DNA of 64,000 bases from NCBI GenBank assembly GCA_964187785.1, contig OZ076419.1:27094001-27158000 (forward strand), written 5' to 3'. Made by a program: the position numbers and the translations under genes. The DNA comes from Amphiscolops sp. MND2022. Taxonomy: Eukaryota. The notes beneath the pieces were generated by a model that worked only from the letters and a program-made list of their open reading frames with translations, searched no databases and was not told the DNA's origin. Positions 10,956 to 22,389 of this stretch are shown piece after piece; the stretch's first letter is position 1, and each line of letters starts with the position of its first letter.

Positions 10956-11960
10956 TTTTTTTAGTCGGCGCTTTTCTAGGGAAAGGTGCCCGACTCTTAG
11001 AGTGGCTAGTTTTTAGTCGGCGCCTTTTCCCTTAAGGAAAAAAGCCCGACTCTTACAGTGAGTAGTTTTTTTTTCAGTCGACAATCTCACTCTGAGTGGT
11101 CCACTTTTCTTACAATCTTTGTTCACATTTGTTCAACTAATTTTCTGAGAAGCAGTAGATCGTGGGTTCGATTCTCGCACTAAACCATAAATTTTTTAAT
11201 GCTTCCAAAAGTACAGGTGAGACCAAAGGGTCCCCCCTTTGGGTTTTTTTCGGCACTATGCGACTTTTTTTCGAAAATTTTCGAATTTTATCAGAGGGTA
11301 CCCCCTTGCATTTTTTTTGAAGTTTTCGGTTTGTAGAAAACGTTGAATGAGCCTGAATGGCCTCTTTTTGAGTTTTTCGGCATTGTGCGACTTAAAAAAT
11401 ACTTTTTTCGAAAAAAAATTGAAAAAGAATTTTTTTGAAAAAATTTTTTTTCCAAATATTTCCAATAGTTGTTCCTTGAATATTTTTGAGCCTAAGATAT
11501 GGCGCCGACTTGAGATGTTCCCGTCTTGTTTTTCTTTTTTTTGCGTCAGACTACAATCTCACTCTGATTGGGCCACTTTTCTTACAATCGAAACTACTAG
11601 CATAAGGCCAAGTCCGGTCAGCGGAAATTAGTGCAAAAGGGTCCCCCTTTCATTTTTTTTACTTTTTACCGTAACCTACAAAACCGGACGAGACTAAAAG
11701 GTTCGATTTTTTTCGGCATTGTGCGACTTTTTTCGAAAATTTTTTAATGTCTCAAAAGAGTCCCCCTTTCGAGTGTTTTGATATTTTGCAACAGAATATA
11801 TGTTAATAAAGCCCAAAGGGTCCCCCCTTTTACATTTTTCGGCACTATGCGACATTTTCTGAAAGAAAAAAATCAAAAATTTCAAGTTTTTTTTAAAAAA
11901 AGTCTTTTGCGCATTTTGAGCCTTAGATACAGCGCCGACTTTGGACGTTCCCGTCTTGTT
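10956..11960 (+). mobile_element. Older HINE-like copy (outer), split by a younger copy
   Basis: 5' end ttagtcggcgc...gcccgact at 10961-10995; the consensus resumes at ~11540 (caatctcactctga); 3' end gcgccgactttggacgttcccgtcttgtt ends at 11960. Confidence 0.75.
11011..11530 (+). mobile_element. Full-length HINE-like copy (inner), nested in the T-run of the outer copy
   Basis: Complete 5' (tttagtcggcgcc) and 3' (gcgccgacttgagatgttcccgtcttgtt) ends; near-identical to the reverse complement of 6066-6604. Confidence 0.8.
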
Positions 11961-12738
11961 GCTATCTAAATTCGCTTTTGTCGAAAAATTTTGTTTTTAA
12001 TTTTTAAAAAGTTTTGAAAAACGAAAAAAAAATCGGAAAAAAACTAGAAACAAGGCGGATATATCTCTTGTCTATCAGGTATGCTGAAGAAGGGTTGACC
12101 CTAGTTGACCCTCCTACTAGCATCTTGGCTGCCACGGTAAGATCTTGTCAAATTCGTACATCTTAACGGCCATGACTCTCATAGCAAGACTCTTACTAAG
12201 ATGTAACATTATATTAAGATCGCAGGCATATTATATTTTGACCAAATTAAAACTATACCAAAGCAAAACACTTATTACCTTGGCCTTCCTTTTTTGGCAT
12301 GCAAAACGGTCTAGGTACACTGTCACCGTAAAAACTATGTTTTGGCTGACATTTACCGGAAAATTTGCACTAAATCACTTTTGATGTTCCATTCTCAAGT
12401 AACTATCCTGTAGAACAAAATCTGAAATCACTGTAGTATGGTAGAGTAAGGCCTAAAATTCGACGTATTGTCATGAATTTTAACCGTTATTCCAATGTTT
12501 AGACGTATTATTATTTTCCAATTTTAGCCGTCATTCCACTTTTTCGGAAACATGTCTGTCTTGATAAGATCTTTCCATTGGTCTTATGCAATTTTGTAAT
12601 TTAGTTAAAAATGCCAGGAGAAAGAAAAGCTAGTCATTGTAAGAGCCGGGCGCATTTTATGCAAGGAAATGCATGAACAAAAGTTTGATCTCACACACGA
12701 AACATTTTTTCTGAATATATAGCAAAGAAAAGGGTCAC

Positions 12739-12970
12739 CTTCGGTTCTGGAACCAAGTCTTGATCTGGGTCTCACTCAAACTGAGAGCCACGCTGAGTTC
12801 CAGTCTTTTGGACACACTCAAGTATTTATCTTTCTTGAATTCTTCTTCCAGTTTTTCCAGCTGCTTGGCCGAGTAGGCTTGTCTGGGCTTCCTCTCCACG
12901 CCTGGCTTCCTAGGTCGTCTGATCACACTGTTGACCCCGGCTGAGTTGACCCCTGAAGCTGGATTGACCC
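12739..12970 (-). CDS. Nedx: Nedx-like exon 3, homeodomain residues 1-53 (ERKPRQAYSAKQLEKLEEEFKKDKYLSVSKRLELSVALSLSETQIKTWFQNRR)
   Basis: Acceptor ttttttccag|G, donor CGAAG|gtgacc (phase 2). The KPRQAYS...DKYLSVSKR...KTWFQNRR signature matches my recollection of the Nedx / Drosophila Lms family (T47, Q50). Confidence 0.92.
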
Positions 12971-13448
12971 CTGGAAAAAAAATCGAACGTTATCATAATA
13001 TGTGTGATATATGCATAGTAATTTTTGCATGAAGGAAGAAACCTTTTTTGAACTGCTAGAGAAAGTGCGTCAATAGAATTTCTTCGTGTTCGGAAAAATG
13101 GTAAAAAAATTTGGTCCGAATCTTTAAACTTGACCTGAATTTGTAATTTCATAGGAATTCTTTTTTCCAACTAGTTTCTTGTACATTTTTCTGTACAGAT
13201 TTTATGTAATTTTTTTCTTTGTATAGAATGTTTATAAACTAGTCCCTTTTGTTTTTCCAAAAACGTTGAAACGAGGTTGAGAGAAAAAAGTTTCGTATTT
13301 TTGATACCAATATACTTTTTTGGGGATAAAAGCTGGTTTAAAAATTGTTTAATGTGCCAATATGGCATGCAAGTTGAAACAGTATAATTGAAAATAATCA
13401 TCTTTCTATTTCAAATAACTTTCTTCCGAACAGCACAACCTGACCTAC

Positions 13449-14204
13449 TGTAACGTCCGGCAGTCGGCGTTGCAGAAGTTTTTGAAAATTTCGATCAAAA
13501 ATTCGAAATGTGCGACATCAAACAAGCACATTCAAGATGGCCGACCCGGCAGGTACGAAAACCGCAGAGGAAGCAAAAATAAAGGCAAAACACCACCAGA
13601 GAAGACCTCACCCCACCACCCAGGAACGAGGATGCCCGAGATGTCGTCACCCAGAAGGCGAGAGAGTCAGGAATTCTGTCATCCGACAGCAAAAAGACAG
13701 GGTTTCGGCAGAAAAGTGCCAAATGAGACCATTGTGCCCAGAAGATGAGGAATGATGCCAGAGGCAGGAAGCCGATGATCGCCACCGAAATGTAACTGTA
13801 TACTTTATTGGGGCCTATCCCCACCTGTTTTGACTGTCTATAGCGTATTTGGATAATGTTTGACCTACTAGATCCTCATTTTAGTCCTTATTCACTCAAT
13901 ATAATGTATTTCAGTTAGACACCTTTTGGACCTCGGAAGTATGTAGGAGATGGCAGGAACGCGCTAAAAACCTTAGGACTTGTTTTTACAGGCTTGTGGG
14001 GCGTGTCCGGACTTTGAGAGTGCCGGCACGTCGCCTCGGAGCTCTAACTAGAGGAGCCTCCTTAGACGTTAGAAAAGTCCCCCATGGAGACCATTTTGGG
14101 ATCAAAAACTAGTGTTTAGGAGTGTAGTAAGACAACGGTCTCCTGTTTAAGCACCCTAGGCATTGTCCCTCTTCCTAGATGTGCGCCGCTAGCCGGACGT
14201 TACA
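13449..14204 (+). repeat. 5' LTR (756 bp) of the non-coding LTR element
   Basis: Direct repeat of 17824-18579. Confidence 0.95.
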
Positions 14205-17200
14205 TCTGGAATAGTTTTTATGGCGACCACAGAGGGATATTTTTCAAGGATAATTTTCCTTACCGCGTCCTGCGAGGAGCAACTCCTGCTTTCCGGCCCT
14301 GAAAGGTCCGGATCTAGGAGAAGCTTTTGGGAGAGTCCTAGATTGTTTTTATTGCTTTATTCTAGCCCTTTGGGCCTTGTATTAGTGTTTTTCCTGCGTT
14401 TCCTGCATGTTTCCGAGGTTCCCAGCCTGAAAAAGACAGTTTGAAACAGTGTACCCCCTTGTGCCTTATCTGTACTCATTAAAAAAGCTATTCCGGCTTA
14501 TCCGGAGCGTGTTTTAACGGGTTTTCCAGCTTCTTTTCAGCTAATTAGCAATGTACAGGGACTGCGAGGACGATTGGTGAAGACCCGAACTAGCTGAGTG
14601 TAGGGCTGCAGGTGCTTCACGTCATAGCCTCCTCCTCCCCACTTGATGCCAATTCACCGAAGACAGCTGGGTTATTTCGTTCCCCTTACGTTTTCTAGCC
14701 CCAAATTAGTATTCCCAGGCCTGTTATTGCATAAATTAACTGTGAATAATACCCACAGGGTATTTACATCAGTTATTTTAAGAACTTGAGCTCGAAAACG
14801 CCAAAAAAGACAGTAAAAACAGCTCAAATATCGAAATTTCCCGTTTTGAGAGCCAAAATTTTATAGAACTGTCTACGGCCTGAGGGAATACCTGAAAAAC
14901 GTTCTGTCGGACCTACCAGGTCGAGAACAAATAATTTTGTTGGGCTGTTTTTCTAGAAAACCTGAAAATTTCAGCAATTTTTGTTCAAAAATAGGCAAAA
15001 TTGGCCATTTTGACCAATTTTGACGAGGGCGAAGCCTTGGGTGTTTGCTCCCAAGCCTCTTGAAAGGCCCAAAATTTTTGTTGTTGTGCTTGGTAGTACG
15101 CAATACTACTACCAAGACGGTTTTTGAACATCCCCAATATAAATTGAAGTTTTAACATCACTTTTCTTTCATTAAAATAGACCTGAGTAGAGGACCCCAT
15201 AGACCTGAGAGCTATAACATCAAAAATAATAATTGAAAGAACCCCACTCCCCTGAATAAAGCAGTTACACCTTCCTACAGTACCGTTGAAACCACCGTTG
15301 ACCTCTGGGAACCGAAGAATAACAAGTTCCTAGGGAAAATAAGTGTTTTTCATAGGTGTTCCCAGAGTGTCCAAGGTGTAACCTAAAATCAATTTTGGGA
15401 GACCTTATTTGGAACCTGCCAGGTTTCGCTCGCCTATTTTCTGTTAGTAGAGAGTACTAGATTACTAACGCCGAAAACCGCGAGTGATTCCAACCAGTGG
15501 TTGTTGAGAAATAGCCCAAAACGTGCTATTTTTGCGACATTATCGGAACATTGAAATAGTGTTTCAAAGAAAGGTCGAAATCTCTCCTAGCAGGAGTAGC
15601 CCAAAACGAATTGCACCATCGTGTAGACCGCAAAAAGTTACGTTAGTGGTGTAATTTTCGTAGCGCTACTGTTACTAGTGATCGAGAAATCTTAGCCGCA
15701 GTTTTGCTCAAAAATGATCCGAAAATGTCGAAAAAATTGAATTTTAGTTGAGCATAGTGCAATACCTCGCAGGTACCCCAGCACCAAAATTCTTGCATTT
15801 TCGTGCACACGGCACTGGATCACGACGATTTGTGCAATTTGAGCAGCCGGGTACTAGCCAAAGCTGAGAAATCGACATTTTTGTGATTTTTGACCCGAAA
15901 AAGTGGTACCTCTGGTACATCAAGGTTTTGTCACTTCATATCGCCAGATATTGATCAAGGCACCTCGCCGCTCTGTTTTCCTCTTACGTGGGCAAAAGTT
16001 ACGCTCGCATGCAAAATTTCAGGTGGCTGGGAAGCCTAGAAGGCGAGTCTGACCACTTTTTGTGAATTTCACGACATAGTCAAATTTTCAGTGAACATTG
16101 TTAAGTGGCCGTGACACCCACAGGGTCAATTTTGACGCAATCGGAGGTTCATTCCCCACGATTCAACCAGTGTATTAGACGGTGTGAAATTTTCAAGTCG
16201 CTAGCAGCGCTACAAGTGATTTTCACCTTCCCCGGAGGTGCATGTTGACGAGAAAATTGTTGATGTTGGGCATTTTTGCAAAAAATCACATAGTTTTTCT
16301 CAGTGTACATGCCAGTGAGGGCCAAGACGACCCAATTAGCATACCGAGCGCCCTCAGGACGTCTTCTTGAATCACTTTGAATAGTGCTAAGCTGACCCTA
16401 AGATCTCGGGTCTCTGAGAAAACCGATCTATGAGACATGGAGATGAAAAACCGAAAATGGAAATTCACCTCCCGGCTGCTATCAAAGTCACTTGAGTGCA
16501 ATCTGTTCATTCAGATTACGCATACTCAGTGCCCCACGGGCCCTACGGGTGCTGGAGCGCGTTTATAGGCACTTTTAGAAGTTTAGACTTTGTACGCAGT
16601 GCGTCTCAAAACAGAACAACAAGTACACTGATGACTGCCATAGTGGAAAAAGAACGCTTTTTCTAATCGTACTACGATCGTAAGGCAAAAAACCACTTCA
16701 AACTCAGTGTCTCTCCTCCTACTCACCCCCAAGGTCTACCCGTAGTCCCTAGTTACATTTTTGTTATCACTTATGCTCTCCAGAAACATGGCAACATGAG
16801 TGACAAGCGGACATTTCAGACAATCTAACATCTGTAGCCAAGCAGACTTCTCAAATAATCAGTGTTCGTTGCTCAATTCATGCCTATGGCGTACTTTGGT
16901 GCTCGGTACCACAGTTGCGTGAACCATGTCGATGTGAAAACACCGGACCAGAGATTGGCCCGGGGAGTACCCATACTCTCCCGAGAGAAGTCAACACCAA
17001 GCATGATGAAACACCTAGAGCTTCGAAGCTCTGAGAACTGCTTGGCCAGCGGCCGTGCTTTTAGAACCCGAATGATTGTTCTGGAACTTGTTTTTAATGC
17101 TGAAGACTGTTTTCATGATCTATCATGCCTGATTTTTGACTTTTATTGGTTCTGCTCTATCATCGTTAGTGACATTGTCCCCTCTTGAGAAGTAGTTTGT

Positions 17201-17823
17201 TTCCATCTCTTGCATATACACTGGTGCTTGTACTGCCTAGACAATAACTTTAACTGAGCGTACACTGTTGACACAATAGATTGAATAGTTCCTCATTTTT
17301 GGTGATATTTTTGATTTTTGAGGCCTATTTCACCATTAGTGCTAGTTATTGTGCAGTTTCTGTTGGCCATGAACTTTGCAAGACCACAGCTGTTACTTTT
17401 ATTTTTCGCTTTTCAAGTGCTATCGTGCATTTTATAAAACCTAACCTATCAGGCGGACCCCAGGTCAGTGCCAAACCTATTGTGATGAGTGCTTTTTATG
17501 CAGATGCAATAAGGTGCTAGAAATTTTGAAATCTTGGTGCGAAATTAAAAGTTTGAATTTGTTTTGAATATAAGGCTAAGTGTCTAAAGTTGCTAATATT
17601 TTTCCAGTGCAAGAACCCGTTGTTGGTGTGGAATCCAAGGAAACCTGCTAGGCTGGCAAAAACTCATGTTTTTGGGCAATAACGTGTTTTTGGGCAACGA
17701 CTTCCATTTAGATTCCTGAAGTACCATGTTGCAACAGTATCACTGGATCACTGGATGGTGGCAACCAAGATGTGAACGTCCTCTCTCGTTTGTCGAGGAC
17801 GACAAACTACGGCCCGGGGAGGA

Positions 17824-18579
17824 TGTAACGTCCGGCAGTCGGCGTTGCAGAAGTTTTTGAAAATTTCGATCAAAAATTCGAAATGTGCGACATCAAACAA
17901 GCACATTCAAGATGGCCGACCCGGCAGGTACGAAAACCGCAGAGGAAGCAAAAATAAAGGCAAAACACCACCAGAGAAGACCTCACCCCACCACCCAGGA
18001 ACGAGGATGCCCGAGATGTCGTCACCCAGAAGGCGAGAGAGTCAGGAATTCTGTCATCCGACAGCAAAAAGACAGGGTTTCGGCAGAAAAGTGCCAAATG
18101 AGACCATTGTGCCCAGAAGATGAGGAATGATGCCAGAGGCAGGAAGCCGATGATCGCCACCGAAATGTAACTGTATACTTTATTGGGGCCTATCCCCACC
18201 TGTTTTGACTGTCTATAGCGTATTTGGATAATGTTTGACCTACTAGATCCTCATTTTAGTCCTTATTCACTCAATATAATGTATTTCAGTTAGACACCTT
18301 TTGGACCTCGGAAGTATGTAGGAGATGGCAGGAACGCGCTAAAAACCTTAGGACTTGTTTTTACAGGCTTGTGGGGCGTGTCCGGACTTTGAGAGTGCCG
18401 GCACGTCGCCTCGGAGCTCTAACTAGAGGAGCCTCCTTAGACGTTAGAAAAGTCCCCCATGGAGACCATTTTGGGATCAAAAACTAGTGTTTAGGAGTGT
18501 AGTAAGACAACGGTCTCCTGTTTAAGCACCCTAGGCATTGTCCCTCTTCCTAGATGTGCGCCGCTAGCCGGACGTTACA
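17824..18579 (+). repeat. 3' LTR (756 bp) of the non-coding LTR element
   Basis: Direct repeat of 13449-14204; preceded by the PPT. Confidence 0.95.
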
Positions 18580-18582
18580 TAC

Positions 18583-18741
18583 CTGATAGAGGACTGGGAA
18601 TAGGGGGACAGGTCACGGGTGTCATTGACCCCGGGGTCACCAAAGGGCTGTTTGGGTCAGAGGAGGTCATAAGGCCAGCTGCCGCTGCTGCTGTGGTTGA
18701 CCCCGGAGTTCCATATTGGAGTATGTCAGATCCTGTGAAAC
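18583..18741 (-). CDS. Nedx: Nedx-like exon 2 (GFTGSDILQYGTPGSTTAAAAAGLM...PIPSPLS)
   Basis: Acceptor cccttgttttccag|G, 159 nt open (phase 1-1), donor TCAG|gtatgt. Keeps frame between exons 1 and 3. Confidence 0.85.
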
Positions 18742-21489
18742 CTGGAAAACAAGGGAAAAGTTGTAAAAGCAGAAAAAAATCTTCTATAAAGACCTACCAG
18801 TGTGTTAGGTCACTTGAAATTTTTTACCTGTTTTGAAAATCGACACTGTTTTTTTCCGGGCCAAATATGTGGGCAAATAATTATTGGAGAGGTAGGTCCT
18901 ACCTAAATAAGTCCAAATTCCGCTCTGGGTTTTTGGCATTGCGGATTTTAATCAATCATTTAATTGTATTTCGTTACCGAACTTGTTTCTTTTGAAAAAA
19001 TCAACAGAACTCGTCAAGAATGAATTTCAATTCCATTAAAAAATAGTTTTCAAGTCGAAAAATCGAATGTTTTTGAAAAAAAACAACAAAATGAAAATCT
19101 ATCTTTTTTCTTGTTTTTCCGACCCACTTTTTTGCAGACACTACCCGCTGTTAAACTCACTTCATTTTACGATTGCGCAATTCTATTGATTGCGCGCTTT
19201 CTCAATTCCTGAGGTTTTCCCCCTTTACAGAGGCTAAAATGTTTGACAAAACAGTAAAAAAATTGTTTAGAGCTACAGTCTCCAGCAGTGAGCTAAATAT
19301 TTGCATTGAGATGTTGAACTTCTGTTAAAAGTTGAAAGACTTGTTCCGTCTGATATTGATTTGGAGTACATGTAACGTTTATTAAAAATTTAAATATTAT
19401 TAATGCAAAGATGTCTGGGAATGTTGAGGTGTAAATTCGGGACCAGAGCCTGAATTAACGAGAAAATCATGGAAGATTAGAAAAAAGGAAAGATTTTTTG
19501 AAAGCATGAACGAAATCCAATTTTCATTGATCACAATTTTAAGTTTATTAATGATTACAAATGTCAGTGTATGATGAAATTAAGGTATAACCTCGAAAAA
19601 CAGCAAGAACGTTTACCAATTTTCATTTTTCATGAAAAGCTAAAACTTAAACTTTCGAACAAATGGAAACAATTTGATCATAAAGTTAATAGAACCATGA
19701 TTACATAAAAAACTACAAAAAACTAAAAAAATGATTGGCGTATATTATAATCTTAGTTTAGAGATCATTCAACTCTGAAATTCTCAAAACTTAGGATTAC
19801 GAAAAACTTTTTGGGTGAAACAAAATGGGATGCAACTGTCGGAACTTTTCTGTGTTTGAGACTTAATGCTTTTCACCTTAACAGCTGCTACGTTTCATAT
19901 AAAATGATCTTTTATGTTTAATACATTATTTTCCCCACTACAAAAGCGCTATAATATATATTTTTTGAATTATATGAAAACTATTTTTTTCAGAATACCA
20001 CGATTTCTAGAATTTCTAAAACATTTAATTTATTTCACGTTGCTCCGTTTTTTTGCATCAAGTTCTGCAACCGAACTTAATTCAAGAGATATTGAATGAA
20101 AGACAAGTGAAAGTCACAATTCAGAACAAGTTAGGTGAAAAGTTGGCCAAGTATCAATTACACAGATGATCTTTGCAAGAGAAAATTTGCAACACTAATG
20201 AAATTCCAGCTTCCGATCATTGTTAAGTTTAAAAACAGAAAATTCGATTTCAGAAAATTTGAAGGAGTTAGACACAGCAAATAAGACAAGAACCATGAAG
20301 GTCGAAACAGACACCGTATGATTTCTGCGATTGTATGAAACCCGCTTAAGAACATGTAAGCAATGAGATCATTACACGGCTACATAGCTTAACAAATCGG
20401 GACTCAAACGAATCAAAATCTCTGATATATGTTCGCACTTTTTGGAGAAAACGCCCGCTGAGTGGGCACCGGGGAGGATTTTAGCACTTCAGGTTTTGTT
20501 CCAAAAAAACTTCCATTATCTCTACGAAACATATGCTGAAGCTTCATTAAAACTCTGTGAATATTCATACTCACGAAAAAATTTTAAAACAGTACAAAAA
20601 CAGCATTACAATTTTTTTTTCAAAATATTAAAACGTTTAGAAATTCAGGTTTTCATTGCGAAAGATTTAAGATTTGAGATCACTCTTCATCAGTTGATCC
20701 CTCTTCCCTTCTTGTCCGGTAACCCAACTTGTCATATGAAATTTTTGTTCAGAGAAACTTAAACTCAAATATCGATTTTGTGGAAAACTACCATTCAGTG
20801 AATTTAGTGGCCGATAAAGTTCAATTCAAAATCAATTCAGTTACAGAGCTTTTATTCAGTAGAAAATGTATTGTCCTTTTTGCCGTGGCCTTTGATTTTT
20901 CACCTGTCAGAAAATGTAGAGACTAAAATATATTTTTTTGCCATTACTGAATCGAAATTGGAGTTAAAGTGTCATTAGATATCAGCTGTGTAATCTTGGC
21001 GAGTCTTTGAGAGTGACTTTCGACTCCGTTTGATGAATGTTTGATCGACTATTTTACCATAATTTACCTCTAATACAGCATTAATTTAATCAATTAAAGG
21101 TGAAAGTTTTTGTAATTTTTGATTAGATTTTTTTTCGAAGAATGTCCTCAGTGCAATTTTCAACCTAGAACCTTGAATTTATTCTTCTTTATATTATTTA
21201 GTTTTCGAATTATGAGGGAAAAATGAAACTATTAGAAATTCTAGTTTTTTTTCTCCAGACTCTCAAACCTGTTGGTGGTTTCAGATTGTCGTGGAGTGGG
21301 TCTGAATGAATCTAGCACCACATTACAAGGCTAGAAAGTATTAAAGACTTCCCATTTGGAGTTTTCGGCAATTGGCGACTTTTTTGGAATTTTGTTTTGT
21401 TTTACCAAAGGGCCCTTTTGATTTTCTGTTGTTTCTAGTTAAAGAAAGGCCTCTTTAAAAATCCCAAAACCATTTTGATAGTGATTTTT

Positions 21490-21543
21490 TTGCGCTTTTT
21501 GAGCCTTAAGCGGGGCGCCGACTTGGGTTGTTCCCGACTTGTT
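21490..21543 (+). mobile_element. HINE-like 3'-end fragment, 25 nt inside Nedx intron 1
   Basis: ttttgagccttaagcggggcgccgacttgggttgttcccgacttgtt matches the family 3' end. Confidence 0.6.
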
Positions 21544-21568
21544 TACCATTGAGCCAGCGTTTTCTCAC

Positions 21569-22202
21569 CTGGTGCTGCAGTCGTGATCAAACTCCTCTGT
21601 GTCATCAAGTCCAGACTGTTTACTGGCGAATATCCGGAACTCACTGGACTGCTGTTTGCTATGACGTCACTCGGTGGAAACTGTAATCCAGCTACTGTTT
21701 CGTTCACACCTGGGTAAAACTGGTTCATGCTGGCAGCTGCAGCCAGACTTCCAAAATGAGCCAAACTTACCGGGGGACATACTGGATCAGCTACAGAGAA
21801 GCTATTTTGGAACAAAAGTGATGGAATTTGTTGATTTTTGGATGATATTTTGTGAGCCAGGCTATTAATTTCTCGGCTGGATTCTTTTTCTTCGAATTGT
21901 TGAACACTGTTATTCGCAGTGGAACCAGAATTAGTTATATTTTGTTGCTGGTCGGTGATAAATTTTTGTAAAAATAATTTTTCCTTTTTTTCCATGTTTC
22001 GCATGGAGAAAGGAACAGGGGATGCAGAAATTTTAGGGACCTTTGAAGAGGTTGTAAAAATAGGGTTTTCGGAGGAAAGAGATTTTTCCGGAGTTAAACT
22101 TTCTGGCTGGGATTCCGATCCAGTTTGAATTGTTAGTCGTTGGTCCAGGGAAGTTAGATTGGACGTTATTAAATTATCGATGGAAAAACTGGATTTTTTC
22201 AT
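21569..22202 (-). CDS. Nedx: Nedx/Lms-like homeobox gene, coding exon 1 (MKKSSFSIDNLI...TAAP); contains the eh1 motif
   Basis: Lies within ORF 21543-22292. ATG at 22202; FSIDNLI eh1-type motif; donor CCAG|gtgaga at 21568 (phase 1). The symbol is based on the homeodomain in exons 3-4. Confidence 0.85.
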
Positions 22203-22389
22203 TTTCACGGGAAATGGACAATTAGGTGGAAAGTAAAATGGAAGTATAGAGGAAGAATAAAAAAGCGGGAAATCCTTGCGGAGGAAAAACACCTGTTTTG
22301 CCGCAAAATTTTTTTAATTATTAGGAAAAGTGTTTAAAATTCTTGCGCTACACTCGGGGCAAGTTTTTATTGGGAAAAGAGAAATACTG

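Larger units (their letters stand above)
13449..18579 (+). mobile_element. Non-autonomous, non-coding LTR retroelement (LARD-like, Gypsy-type cis signals) in Nedx intron 2
   Basis: 756-bp LTRs 13449-14204 and 17824-18579, with no difference seen by eye and identical ORF-track entries offset by 4375. 13-bp terminal IR TGTAACGTCCGGC/GCCGGACGTTACA. PBS-like TGGCGACCACAGAGGGA at 14221-14237; GTTTGTCG-agga-CGACAAAC hairpin at 17788-17807; PPT ending ggggagga. No gag/pol motif in the 3.6-kb interior. Confidence 0.93.

Noticed and set aside
13470-13824. Duplicated 81-109 aa ORFs (also at 17845-18199) as paralogous genes
   Set aside because: They lie within the identical LTRs, have no recognisable domain and overlap in three frames.
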